A DNA stretch of 32,000 nt from Promethearchaeota archaeon (lineage in GTDB: Archaea; Asgardarchaeota; Lokiarchaeia; Sigyniarchaeales; SOKP01). Below are positions 1-10,246 of this stretch, piece after piece; position 1 is the first letter of the stretch, and the number at the start of each line of letters is the position of its first letter. A program made the translations under genes and the position numbers. Location: the NCBI GenBank assembly GCA_030606485.1, contig JAUWGH010000001.1:660001-692000 (forward strand). Direction: 5' to 3'. Under the pieces are notes generated by a model that ran no database searches, was not told the DNA's origin, and saw only the letters and a list, made by a program, of their open reading frames with translations.

Positions 1-690
1 GGTGCCGGAATTAGTACAGAATCCGGGTTACCAGATTTTAGAGGGCCCGATGGATTATGGACTCGCCGAGATAAAGGATTACCTCCCCCTAAAACCACAA
101 AGCCTTGGCATATGATTGAACCAAATCCTGCACATTATGCACTTGTAGAATTGCAAGATATGAATAAATTGGATTTTGTTATCAGTCAAAATGTCGATAA
201 TCTGCATTATAAATCGGGAATTAAGCTCGAAAAACTTGCAGAGCTACATGGAAACATGACTCTAATGAAGTGCCTTCAATGTAACAAAAAAATGACGTTC
301 GAAGATGCTGGATGGGATCAAGAAAAATGGGGAAAAGGTTATCGCACTTCAAGAATAAGAAAGGGACAGCCTGCATGTCCAAATTGTGGAGGAAGGTTAA
401 TAAACTCAATTGTAAATTTCGGAGATCCATTACCACAAGAGGATTTGCGTAATTCTATAGTACATACTGAAAAATGTGATGTTTTTCTTGTAATAGGTAG
501 TTCCCTTGTTGTTTATCCAGCTGCAGAAATGCCCGCTATAGCGTACCGGGCTGGAGCAAAATTGATTATAATCAATAAAGGAGACACTCCATATGATAAC
601 AGGGCTGATATTAGAATTAGTGAAAATGTTGCGGAAATTGTCCCGTCGATAGTAGAAAAAGTAAAGCAGATAATAAGTAAAAATTCTTGA
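1..690 (+). CDS. NAD-dependent protein deacylase, Sir2 family (5'-truncated by window), SIRT6/7-like architecture
   Basis: Frame is open from base 1: GAGISTESGLPDFRGPDGLWT; also SQNVDNLH, ELHGNM, Zn ligands CLQC...CPNC, GSSLVVYPAA, IINKG. The ORF-track start at 112 is internal. Confidence 0.95.
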   Translation, partial: GAGISTESGLPDFRGPDGLWTRRDKGLPPPKTTKPWHMIEPNPAHYALVELQDMNKLDFVISQNVDNLHYKSGIKLEKLAELHGNMTLMKCLQCNKKMTFEDAGWDQEKWGKGYRTSRIRKGQPACPNCGGRLINSIVNFGDPLPQEDLRNSIVHTEKCDVFLVIGSSLVVYPAAEMPAIAYRAGAKLIIINKGDTPYDNRADIRISENVAEIVPSIVEKVKQIISKNS

Positions 691-806
691 AATTTTCCAG
701 AAATTGTGAAATAATTGTATCTCTTAATCTAATATCTTGTAAGTCAACTATAGGGTCTATATAAGAAAACTAAACTCCATTTTTTAAAAAAGTAATTAAA
801 AAAAAA

Positions 807-1997
807 TTAATTATTGAAAAGTATTTCTAAGTGAAGGTCGTTAAGTGGATAAGAGATACATGGGTGGATGAAATTATTATCACGGTCAGCTTCTCGAATT
901 ATTACTTCAGGTGGAACAAAAACCTTACCAGATAGAAGTTTAGTTCTACAAAGCGCACACTCTCCCGAACGACAACCGCTATTGATTTGGATTCCCAACT
1001 CTTTTGCACGTTCAATACTATTTAATAAAGGTTCAACACATGATACCTCAATTACTTTTTTTTCTTTGAGTCCTGATTTTATGAAATCTATTGTAATTTG
1101 AACTTTTTTAGATACATCAATCCCCTCTGGCCATCCCATTGTTTTCGTTATATCCTTCGGAACACCAAATAGCTCGTGAGAGATCCTATGATTGGGTATT
1201 CTCAACTCTTCTAGTTCTTTTAAGACGAATTCATACATTTCTCTATTCCCAACAATATAGAAAAACTTATCATCAACCGATCCGATAAATTTCATGATCT
1301 TATCTTTCGATATAAATCCAGTTTCTCCGGTCCAATCTTGACTTGGTTCTGAGAGTATAAATGTACCCTTTATATTGGGGCGCCTTTTTTGTATTTCTTC
1401 GAGTTCTTCCCGAAACAGAATATCCTCCTTAGTTAAACACCCAAATAATAACCAAATATTGAGGGGTACAACTCTTTCCGAAAAATCCCGCAACATTGAC
1501 ATGAATGGAGTAATACCGCTGCCTCCCGCGATAAACACTAAATCTTTCCCGTGAAAGATTGGGTTATAGCAAAAAACACCCAATGGACCGGTTGCCTCAA
1601 AAAGATCACCAACTTTTGCGTTATCAAAGAGATATGGGCTTACAAACCCACCATCTTCCTTTTTTATGCCTAATTCATAATATGCAAGTTGATTCGGAGA
1701 AGAGACAAGCGAGTAAGGACGACTCGTTCGGACGCCATTAATTTCTACAGTCAAGCCAATATATTGACCTGCTCGGAAGGGTGCCAAAACTTTCGTAGAT
1801 CGTGCAGGAACAAATCGGAATAACTTCGTATCTGGTGAGAGTTGTTTTATGTCTGAGATTTGCAACCATAATTTATCGGGATGAAGGCGATCACACAAAT
1901 TTTCCAACCCATCGAAATATGTTGGTATGGGTTGAACTTCTTCACGCCACTGCTTTAATTTTCTAGCATATGTAAATCTTTTCAAATCTTTGAACAT
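807..1997 (-). CDS. FAD/NAD(P)-binding oxidoreductase with C-terminal 2Fe-2S ferredoxin (PaaE/Hcr/phthalate dioxygenase reductase-like)
   Basis: RPYSLVS FAD motif, AGGSGITPF NAD motif, C-terminal CRSGECALC...C 2Fe-2S motif. Confidence 0.9.
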   Translation of the reverse strand: MFKDLKRFTYARKLKQWREEVQPIPTYFDGLENLCDRLHPDKLWLQISDIKQLSPDTKLFRFVPARSTKVLAPFRAGQYIGLTVEINGVRTSRPYSLVSSPNQLAYYELGIKKEDGGFVSPYLFDNAKVGDLFEATGPLGVFCYNPIFHGKDLVFIAGGSGITPFMSMLRDFSERVVPLNIWLLFGCLTKEDILFREELEEIQKRRPNIKGTFILSEPSQDWTGETGFISKDKIMKFIGSVDDKFFYIVGNREMYEFVLKELEELRIPNHRISHELFGVPKDITKTMGWPEGIDVSKKVQITIDFIKSGLKEKKVIEVSCVEPLLNSIERAKELGIQINSGCRSGECALCRTKLLSGKVFVPPEVIIREADRDNNFIHPCISYPLNDLHLEILFNN

Positions 1998-2001
1998 CTT
2001 A

Positions 2002-3552
2002 TTACCACCTCTTCTTTTTTAGATCTTCTAAATACGCAGCTGCGGCCATCCTCCCACTATTTATGGCAGGCGAGAATCCACCACCAATTCCAATCCAAGC
2101 TCCCGCTAAATAAAGCCCTGGAATCGCACCTCGGCTACCTAATCGAAGCATAGGACTATCCATAATACTTTGAGTATATCCATAGATGGCACCATCCATA
2201 CTCTTTGAATACCGGTAATATGTTACAGGGGTTGCTGCTTCTAACACCTCGATGTATTCCCGTAAATTGGGAGAAATTGTTCTTTCGACCATTGAAACCA
2301 TATCATTTGTAATCTCGTCCTTGATACGATGATATTGATCTGGTGGAACAGAATGCCAAACATTACCCATCTGAATTGTAGTGAGAACGAGTTGAGTAGT
2401 TCCAGGGGGAGAAATGTTCTCAGACACATGGTTATAACATGCCGCTACTATAATCTTGGGCGTTTCCAATTTTTCAACAGTCTGGTACATATCATCCATG
2501 TCATCTGTGGCGTTAATAAATGTCTCGTGTGTCGTCAATCCTAATTTATCTGGAGGGGCGTTTAATCCAAGGTAGACTGAAAATGCTGAGTTTCCAATTT
2601 TCGGAGCATATATTCGTCTTTTATAGCTATCAGATACAATATCTTCCGGAAGCATCTTCATTGTTGTACAGATAGGGTTGACATTTGAAACAACTACCTT
2701 AGAGCGATAAACATCCCCATTAAGAAGCTCAACACCAGAAACTCGTCCGTTTTTAACTAAAATTCGATTCACTAAAGCGTTGTATCTCACTTCACCTCCC
2801 AGTTCTTTCAAGGCATTTATCATACAACTGGTCAATGCGTGAGATCTTCCCATTGGGAAAACTGAGCTGCGCAATAGACTCATTAATGTTATTATAAAAT
2901 AGAGAGAGTTCAATTGGGAGGGTGGTAACCCGTCATATCCCCATATCTGAGCTAACACTGCCATTAATCGCGGATTTTTAAAAAATCGCTTGAATATATC
3001 CTTAAGTGTGAGACCTCCAATACGCGCAAGCCACGGATGCTTAATAAGTATTGATAACGGTGAAGCTTTACCTCCTTTAGATGCAACATAGTTGAATCCT
3101 TCTCGTATCTTCTGAGCAAGTATCTTAAATTTTTCGATTCCCTCCCTTTCATCAGGAAACAACTCAATTAATTTATTGAAATATGTATCTACGCCTAATG
3201 GCATGATAACATCGTAGCCATCGTAAAATACACTCCGATAATATTCATTTACATATTTATATTTGAGCTTCTCAGGAAAAATTTCTAATTCTTCAAAAAA
3301 TTCATAAAGTGAGCCTCGATTATCTTCAGTACCAATATCACTCAACACATGTAGAGCACCTTCAAACTCAAATCGACCTCGCACAAAAGATGTCGCATAA
3401 CCACCAGGTACATTATGTTTTTCGAGTAATAACACTTTTTTTTCCGAGAGAGCGAGCTGACATGCAGCACCAAGTCCACCTAATCCCGCTCCAACGACAA
3501 TTACATCATAGGATGAATCTGGTAAACTTTCATCATATTTTTTTTTTCTCAT
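2002..3552 (-). CDS. Phytoene desaturase / all-trans-retinol saturase family FAD-dependent oxidoreductase
   Basis: N-terminal GAGLGGL...LLEKHNVPGGYATSFVRGRFEFE, C-terminal GLYLAGAWIGIGGG; ends 4 bp before the reductase start (probable operon). Confidence 0.88.
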   Translation of the reverse strand: MRKKKYDESLPDSSYDVIVVGAGLGGLGAACQLALSEKKVLLLEKHNVPGGYATSFVRGRFEFEGALHVLSDIGTEDNRGSLYEFFEELEIFPEKLKYKYVNEYYRSVFYDGYDVIMPLGVDTYFNKLIELFPDEREGIEKFKILAQKIREGFNYVASKGGKASPLSILIKHPWLARIGGLTLKDIFKRFFKNPRLMAVLAQIWGYDGLPPSQLNSLYFIITLMSLLRSSVFPMGRSHALTSCMINALKELGGEVRYNALVNRILVKNGRVSGVELLNGDVYRSKVVVSNVNPICTTMKMLPEDIVSDSYKRRIYAPKIGNSAFSVYLGLNAPPDKLGLTTHETFINATDDMDDMYQTVEKLETPKIIVAACYNHVSENISPPGTTQLVLTTIQMGNVWHSVPPDQYHRIKDEITNDMVSMVERTISPNLREYIEVLEAATPVTYYRYSKSMDGAIYGYTQSIMDSPMLRLGSRGAIPGLYLAGAWIGIGGGFSPAINSGRMAAAAYLEDLKKKRW

Positions 3553-3721
3553 AATAATATCTCAAACGGAATCATTTAAAAAATATGCTTAGTGTGATTC
3601 TTTTTTGACATTTTTGGATAAAGGAACTATGGATTGAAGATCAAGCTTTATTCTACTTGTATCTCAGATAATTACATATATCAAAATAAGTATAGACAAT
3701 CTCTTACTAATAAAGAGTAAT

Positions 3722-3730
3722 AAAAAAAAA
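3722..3730 (-). terminator. Putative archaeal oligo(T) terminator (T9 on minus strand)
   Basis: A9 run on the + strand immediately past the stop of 3731..5170; archaeal intrinsic termination uses oligo-T tracts. Confidence 0.4.
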
Positions 3731-5170
3731 TTAAAGTTTTAATTTCTTTAATTGTTCTTTAATTTTCAGTGTTTTTTCAGGAGTAAGGTCGTAGACTAAG
3801 AGGAATATAATAAATCCGATGAAAGTTAAGATCATGGGAATAAACGCTGTGTGTAGAAGAATTCCGAAATTCGCCAATTCAGTTTGAGTTGTTAAATTCG
3901 GATCAAAACCAGTTAATTCGTGTACAATGGCAAATATCAGTCCTTGAGCAATAAGGGAGAATTTATTGAAGAATGTGTATACTCCCATTAAAGCACCTTC
4001 GATATGTTGACCTGATTTAACCGTAGCCTCATCAATTGTATCAGCCAAAACGGGATTTCTGCCAATTCTTAAAGCACCTCCACCGATTCCGAGTAGGATA
4101 CAACAAATCACCATACCAATTAAAGATTTTGCAAACATGAATGGCAACAAGAAGATAGTGTTGAGAAAGACCCCTATTATTAACATCTTGCGATTATTTT
4201 TGATTTTTTGAGAAAAGATAAGCCAAGGCCAAAGTGATCCTAAAGCACCCAAGATAAATCCTGCCAATAGGAATATGGAAGTTTCTGCTTCCGCCTGTAA
4301 AAGATATTTAGCCACATATTGAATTGATGCAGTTAAGCTTGCCCCTATTATTGCGTCCATTAAAAATATTAAAATTACAACTACAAAATTTTTCTGAGTT
4401 AACACAATTTTAAGGGTTTTCCAGAAAGATATTCTCTCTTTTTCTTCCTGTTCTATAACATACCTTGCCCTCAACTCCTTTGATTCGATATGTCCTGGAA
4501 TAATTGTTAAAAAAATAATCATATTAATGCCCACGAATATCCAAGCCATATTCGTATATGACTGGCGGTCTCCATATGTAATAAGCAATGGAGGAATCAT
4601 AAACCCCACTGCGGTCCCTACAAGAGATAAAGCCATACGAATTCCACCAGCTTTGCGCCTGTCAGTATCTAAACGGAATTTATCAGGATACAATGCATAA
4701 TGGTTCAATGAGACTATCGTAAAGAATAGCTCGAAAAGGCATGTAGAAATTAGGATCCATGCAAAATAAATCCATACTCCACTTATAGGATCTAGATATG
4801 GTGGAGAAAATATAGCAGCAAGTGTAAGAATCGCAGGGATTCCCCCTATTATAATTAATGGAAATCTTTTGCCATACTTTTTCCAAAATCTATTAGGACG
4901 ATCTGTGAAATATCCTACAAGAGGATCGTTAATAGAATTCCAGATAGCATAAATAATATAGCCAAGTGCCACAATCCATATATTTAATTTAACTTCAGTT
5001 TCCCAAAATAAAAAGTAAAAACCCCCAAAAATCCCGTTAAAAATGTCAAATAAAAAATCCGCCATACCAAACGAGAACATCGAACGATTCGATTCATGGC
5101 GTATGGTAATGTCTTTTATAATAAAAAGCTCTTTATTACCTAAATTATTTGTATGATCCTTATTTTTCAT
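3731..5170 (-). CDS. MFS transporter, glycoside-pentoside-hexuronide (MelB/MFSD2-like) family
   Basis: About 12 hydrophobic segments; WNSINDPLVGYFTDR and GKRFP motifs; LADTIDE cytoplasmic-loop motif. Confidence 0.9.
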   Translation of the reverse strand: MKNKDHTNNLGNKELFIIKDITIRHESNRSMFSFGMADFLFDIFNGIFGGFYFLFWETEVKLNIWIVALGYIIYAIWNSINDPLVGYFTDRPNRFWKKYGKRFPLIIIGGIPAILTLAAIFSPPYLDPISGVWIYFAWILISTCLFELFFTIVSLNHYALYPDKFRLDTDRRKAGGIRMALSLVGTAVGFMIPPLLITYGDRQSYTNMAWIFVGINMIIFLTIIPGHIESKELRARYVIEQEEKERISFWKTLKIVLTQKNFVVVILIFLMDAIIGASLTASIQYVAKYLLQAEAETSIFLLAGFILGALGSLWPWLIFSQKIKNNRKMLIIGVFLNTIFLLPFMFAKSLIGMVICCILLGIGGGALRIGRNPVLADTIDEATVKSGQHIEGALMGVYTFFNKFSLIAQGLIFAIVHELTGFDPNLTTQTELANFGILLHTAFIPMILTFIGFIIFLLVYDLTPEKTLKIKEQLKKLKL

Positions 5171-5396
5171 ATTTTTTCCATTTTTAGAATTTATTTTAAA
5201 TTTATTTTATGTAAAAATATTTGAGCATTTTTTATATAACATTTTTCAATTTTTTGCTCAGTAATAATTAGAAACTAAATAAATTTAATGATGGTGTAAA
5301 TTAAGAATAAATTGAAGAATCTTAGCAAAAATTTTTTTTACGCTTAAAAAATTTTAAATAATAACAAAAAAAATAAAAAATTAGGTTGATTAATAA

Positions 5397-6938
5397 TTGA
5401 AAGCAATCATAATTGGTTCCGGCTTATCAGGACTAACCGCAGGTGCTTATTTAGTTCGCGAAGGATATGATGTTACGATTTACGAACAGTTTTCAGAGAT
5501 TGGAGGAGTTACAGCAACAATCCACAAAGACGGATATTCTTGGGATCTTGGACCTCTTCTTCTAGAAGGTTTAGCACCTCATGAAAAACTTGGTAGAGTT
5601 TTAGCAGAATTGGGATTAACAGAAAAAATCACAATAATTAGGGAAGATCGAGGGCAATCTTTTCCAGATTTTGAAATTTGGAGGCAAAAAGAATATGAAG
5701 GACCATATTGGCGTCGAGAATATCTTAAAAAAATATTCCCTTCCGAAAGTGATGGATTAGACCGATATTATGAGTTCTATGATAAAATGATGACGCTCAT
5801 GGCAATTGCAAACCAGTTAGAGTGGACAAAAGGCTTAAAATCAATTTGGCTAAAACTAAAACTACTTCCAAAATTTTTAAAAGTAAAGAAATGGATGGAT
5901 TGGAGTGCCGCTCAAGTTATGGATTTTTTCTTTAAAGATCCAAAATTAAAGGCGATTTTTTTGGCAATTCTAGCCGATTTTGTAATAAAACCAAGTGAAT
6001 TTATTGGATTAGGAGTACCAGCAGTCAATGTAGAAACAGCTTTTGATGTACGCCTCCCTCTTAAAATTAAAGGTGGTAAATTACCTACGTACCATTACAT
6101 AAAAGGTGGCTGTGAACAATTAGTGAAAGTATTTGCTGACTTTATAACCGAAAATGGAGGAAAAATTCATACAAATAGTTTAGTTCAAAAAATTATTATT
6201 GAAAATGAACGGACTACGGGAATAAAGTTAAAAAATGGAAATTTTATACCTGCTGATCTAATATTAGCTAGTGGAAGCGCACATAAAACTTTTCTTAAAT
6301 TAATTGGACGAGAACATTTACCCGCAGATTTCGTGAAACATCTTGAAAATCTAGTTTATATGGAGTCTGTATTGATGGTACATATTGGAATTGATTTTGA
6401 TCCTACACCATATCAGCGAGCCGCTCTTTGCTACTATTACCTCACATATGATATTGAAGAAGGTGTTAATCACTGCAGATCGGGTGATTATCACGAGGGG
6501 AAAGAAGGATTTTTAATATATATACCATCCCTCCATTCTCCAGAGATGGCACCGGAGGAGAAATATGCCGTTACTGTATATACTATTGCACCCGATCGAT
6601 TAAGTGTAGGAAATTGGACAGAACGCAGAGAAGAACTTGCTGATAAATTGCTCATAGAGGCTGAAAAGATAATCCCGAATCTAAGAGAAAGAACACAAGT
6701 TAAGGTAATTCTCACTCCAGACGATTTTAAAACAAGAGTCAATGTTGATCGCCATAGTTTCGGTGGATTGCCTCCAGTTATAGGGCAACAAGGACCTCCT
6801 CACCGGACACGAATCCATGGATTCTGGTTTATAGGCGCACAAAGTGAATCAGCTGGTGGAGTGGCAGGTGTTGTTGCGGGAGCTCGTAAAGCAGTCCAGA
6901 TGATATTTAAAGAGAAATCTCGAATGTATGAAAAATAA
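5397..6938 (+). CDS. Phytoene desaturase / retinol saturase family FAD-dependent oxidoreductase
   Basis: TTG start; IIGSGLSGLTAG...YEQFSEIGG...WDLGP Rossmann motif; C-terminal FWFIGAQSESAGGVAG. Confidence 0.88.
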   Translation: MKAIIIGSGLSGLTAGAYLVREGYDVTIYEQFSEIGGVTATIHKDGYSWDLGPLLLEGLAPHEKLGRVLAELGLTEKITIIREDRGQSFPDFEIWRQKEYEGPYWRREYLKKIFPSESDGLDRYYEFYDKMMTLMAIANQLEWTKGLKSIWLKLKLLPKFLKVKKWMDWSAAQVMDFFFKDPKLKAIFLAILADFVIKPSEFIGLGVPAVNVETAFDVRLPLKIKGGKLPTYHYIKGGCEQLVKVFADFITENGGKIHTNSLVQKIIIENERTTGIKLKNGNFIPADLILASGSAHKTFLKLIGREHLPADFVKHLENLVYMESVLMVHIGIDFDPTPYQRAALCYYYLTYDIEEGVNHCRSGDYHEGKEGFLIYIPSLHSPEMAPEEKYAVTVYTIAPDRLSVGNWTERREELADKLLIEAEKIIPNLRERTQVKVILTPDDFKTRVNVDRHSFGGLPPVIGQQGPPHRTRIHGFWFIGAQSESAGGVAGVVAGARKAVQMIFKEKSRMYEK

Positions 6939-7040
6939 TGTTGAAAACAAAATCTCTATAAATTTAAAAAATATTTAATAGAGTTAAAAGCAAATTAATA
7001 TAAATAATTTTAAAATTATCTAAAAAAAAATGATATAGAA

Positions 7041-8498
7041 ATGAATGATAAAGTAGAAGAAAAGGAAGTTTATGAGAATTCCAAAAAAATAATGGCGAGC
7101 TATGGAACTAGTCAATTTTTTGGTCAATGGATAACTGGACCCTTTTCATTTTACGTTTTCTTTTTCTTTAAGCAAGAGATTGGTCTTAATGTTATATTAG
7201 CTATGACAGCGATGATCATATACGCTGCTTGGAATGCAGTCAACGATCCATTAATGGGTTATCTTATGGAACGTTTTCATATGAAATGGGAGAAACGTTG
7301 GGGAAAAAGATTTCCTTGGATTATGATTGGAGCTATCCCTTGGCTTTTTTCATATTTACTTATTTATATGGTTCCGCTTGAATGGGATCCAATTGCTGAT
7401 CCTTCGGCTAATTGGCCAGTTTTCACTTGGTATGTATTAACAACTATATTATTTGATACACTTTTTACTTTATGGAATGTGAGCGTCACAGCAATATATC
7501 CGGATAAGTTTCGAGGGTTAAATGAACGGAGAACCGCTGGAGGTATTGGTACACTTATAGGTATTATGGGTATAGTTTTTTCTTCCATAATTCCACCACT
7601 TTTTATTAACGAGGGTGTTCCTCGAACCTATAGGACCGCAGCTTGGATAGGCATAGGTTTAGGAATAATTATATTTCTCTTTATGATTCCAGGAATATTT
7701 GAAGATAAAAAAACGAGAGCTCGGTATGAAGAGAGGAGGATAAAATTAGAAGGAAGAGAACATGAGAAATTCCTTAATACTGCTAGAAGAGTAATTACTG
7801 ATAGACGTTTCATGGTAAAAACTATATACTTTTTTGGTTACCAAGCAGCAGTTGCACTATTGGCTGCTTCTGCTCAATTTATGGTGATTTTCGTTATTGG
7901 AGGAACTACGCCCGATATTAGCATTTTTATGGCTGCGATGCTTATAGGTGCTCTTGGGTCAGTCCCACTCTGGCTTTATTTTTCGAAGAAAGTAAATAAT
8001 AATAAAAAAATGAGTTTAGTGGCTGGTTTTGCGATGGTTATCACTTTCTTGCCAATGTTTTTTGCTGTCGGTTATGTATTTTATTTTATTGCTCTACTTT
8101 TATTCGGAATTGGCTTAGGGGGTCAATGGTTCATGGATCCTCCTGCCATGGGTGATGTTCTTGATGATCTTGCATTAAGAACAGGGAAGAGGGAAGAAGC
8201 AATCTACTATGGATATCAAACTTTCTTTATTCGATTTGGAGAAGCATTTAAAGTAATTATAATCGCTATTGTACATATAATGGTTGGTTTTCCAGAAGGT
8301 GTTGCGACTTATCAAGAATTGGTAAATGAAGTTGGAGCAGAAAATCTTTTCTTGCCGTTATTAGGGATTCGAATCCACGCAGCTCTCATTCCAGCAATCT
8401 TAGTTCTCATAACAATTTTTATCTTTTGGAAGTGGTATGATTTAACACCTGATAAAGTTGAAGCAAATAGAATTAAATTAAAAGAACTTGGAATCTAA
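7041..8498 (+). CDS. MFS transporter, GPH (MelB/MFSD2-like) family
   Basis: WNAVNDPLMGY, GKRFPW, MGDVLDD, YDLTP motifs; paralog of 3731..5170. Confidence 0.9.
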   Translation: MNDKVEEKEVYENSKKIMASYGTSQFFGQWITGPFSFYVFFFFKQEIGLNVILAMTAMIIYAAWNAVNDPLMGYLMERFHMKWEKRWGKRFPWIMIGAIPWLFSYLLIYMVPLEWDPIADPSANWPVFTWYVLTTILFDTLFTLWNVSVTAIYPDKFRGLNERRTAGGIGTLIGIMGIVFSSIIPPLFINEGVPRTYRTAAWIGIGLGIIIFLFMIPGIFEDKKTRARYEERRIKLEGREHEKFLNTARRVITDRRFMVKTIYFFGYQAAVALLAASAQFMVIFVIGGTTPDISIFMAAMLIGALGSVPLWLYFSKKVNNNKKMSLVAGFAMVITFLPMFFAVGYVFYFIALLLFGIGLGGQWFMDPPAMGDVLDDLALRTGKREEAIYYGYQTFFIRFGEAFKVIIIAIVHIMVGFPEGVATYQELVNEVGAENLFLPLLGIRIHAALIPAILVLITIFIFWKWYDLTPDKVEANRIKLKELGI

Positions 8499-8552
8499 AA
8501 TATCTTTTCATTCGGTGAGCCTTTCTACCCAAGAAAATTAAAATCTTTTTTT

Positions 8553-10187
8553 TTATTTTAATCGAGCATAAAGATTTTTATCATTATCAATTCCATCCAA
8601 TAATATTTGTGCATCCCTATTATCTAATGAAAGTGTAATATTTCCCTTTCTACTAAAGCACCCAGTAAATATAATTCTTGACCCAGAATATATATTTACA
8701 TTTTTTCCACCATAAATTTCATCTGCTGAGATGATAATGCTGTCATCCGATATTTCCAAATCTATTTGGATTCTCTCTTTTTTTTTCCCCTTTCTTGTTC
8801 TTCCACCAGTTTGATATGTTCCGGAATCTTGCTTTGATATGGGGTTGATTACAACATCTTGCCCAAATGAATATATCTCAAACATAAGATTCTTTGATAA
8901 AAAATTTCTTACTTCTACGACAGGCCTTGCCAAATCTTTATCTCGGAAGCCCGAGGGAACTTTTACGGTCATTTTTATCACCAACACAGATGATACTTCT
9001 CCCCCCTTTATGAAAATTATGGTGTCTATAATGGATGGAAGCATTCCAAGCTCGATTCGGCCAATAAATCTCTGCAAAGCGTCAATAGCTGAAGAAGAGT
9101 GCACTATGCCCGCCATTCCTACGCCACTTAAACGGAAATCAGAGTAGACCTTGAAATCGTCCGTGGTTCTAACTTCATCGAAAATTGTGAAATCTGGTCT
9201 TGCTAAAAGAAGTATATCTGCAGAATTTTCTAAACTACCTTCCAATTTTGTATATTGAGTTATTTCGGGGTTAACTTGTAAATCTCTAACGCTTTCTAAC
9301 GTTTTAACAATTTTATTTTGTTTTAAGTAATTATTTGCTAATGCTGCAGCGAATGTGCTTTTACCAGCTCCTGGAGGTCCGCAAATGAGAATGCCCTCCG
9401 CAATCTTTAATCGTTTCATTAATGTATTGTCAAGATTATAATCATGAAGCTCTTTTCTAATTAGGGGTTTGGTTATTGTAACTTCAACTTCACTAGAAAA
9501 ATTTGGTCGAGTTATTACGATTCTATACTCATATAAAATTGCTACGATCGCCCCTTTTTTCTCAATTTCGATAAATGAGTGAGGGTCTTCTTTCACAGCC
9601 TCAAGAATTTCATAAATAATATCTTCAATTTGTTTTGTAGTTATATATTCATCATTGATCTTGCTTAAATACCAATTTCCTGGAGTCCCTTTTTTTGCGT
9701 AGGGTGGAATATATCTTTTAAGATGAACTGACATTGTATTTTCATCAAAAAAATCGAATAATTTTAAATGCGGTAATCCTTTTTTCTTCTTTTTGACTTC
9801 TTCTTTAATTAGGATCACATTTAAGCCCTCAAAAATACCCATATCATATTGAACTTTATCTCCCGTAATTAAAGTGGCATCATGCGTATCTTGGCGAATG
9901 GCTGCATCTAATTCCCCCCCATAATTAAGTTTTATTTGTTCCATAGTGGGACGTTTTCCTACTAATTCTAGTTTAATTTTTCCTTTATTATGATATTCCC
10001 TTAACTTTTTTAATACATCCAATCCATATTTACCAATTACTTTGCCTACATTTGCTTGAAATTCAATTTCTGCGGTAACGATTCTTGATATTAAAATAAT
10101 GGGTTTAATACCTAGTTCCTCTTCATCTATCAATTCTAATATTTTTCCATTCAGGATAACTGATGTATCCACAATAAATTTCTCCAT
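8553..10187 (-). CDS. PIN-domain VirB11-like ATPase (PINA / PINc-VapC family ATPase)
   Basis: N-terminal PIN (FIVDTSVI...GELDAAIR...LITGD), Walker A GPPGAGKST, Walker B FDEVR, GVGMAGIVH, RFIGRIELG. Confidence 0.92.
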   Translation of the reverse strand: MEKFIVDTSVILNGKILELIDEEELGIKPIILISRIVTAEIEFQANVGKVIGKYGLDVLKKLREYHNKGKIKLELVGKRPTMEQIKLNYGGELDAAIRQDTHDATLITGDKVQYDMGIFEGLNVILIKEEVKKKKKGLPHLKLFDFFDENTMSVHLKRYIPPYAKKGTPGNWYLSKINDEYITTKQIEDIIYEILEAVKEDPHSFIEIEKKGAIVAILYEYRIVITRPNFSSEVEVTITKPLIRKELHDYNLDNTLMKRLKIAEGILICGPPGAGKSTFAAALANNYLKQNKIVKTLESVRDLQVNPEITQYTKLEGSLENSADILLLARPDFTIFDEVRTTDDFKVYSDFRLSGVGMAGIVHSSSAIDALQRFIGRIELGMLPSIIDTIIFIKGGEVSSVLVIKMTVKVPSGFRDKDLARPVVEVRNFLSKNLMFEIYSFGQDVVINPISKQDSGTYQTGGRTRKGKKKERIQIDLEISDDSIIISADEIYGGKNVNIYSGSRIIFTGCFSRKGNITLSLDNRDAQILLDGIDNDKNLYARLK

Positions 10188-10246
10188 TCTATCTCATCCC
10201 TTTTTTATTTGTTCGATTAAATCATTTCATTTTTAATTTATTTAAA

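Noticed and set aside
5222-5331. TGAGCA/TGCTCA inverted motif in the divergent promoter, echoed at about 19216-19225
   Set aside because: Only 6-bp arms with inconsistent spacing; not distinguishable from chance without a genome-wide scan.
2002-6938. Carotenoid biosynthesis cluster (crtI assignment)
   Set aside because: No phytoene synthase, cyclase or elongase adjacent; family membership alone does not justify the gene symbol.
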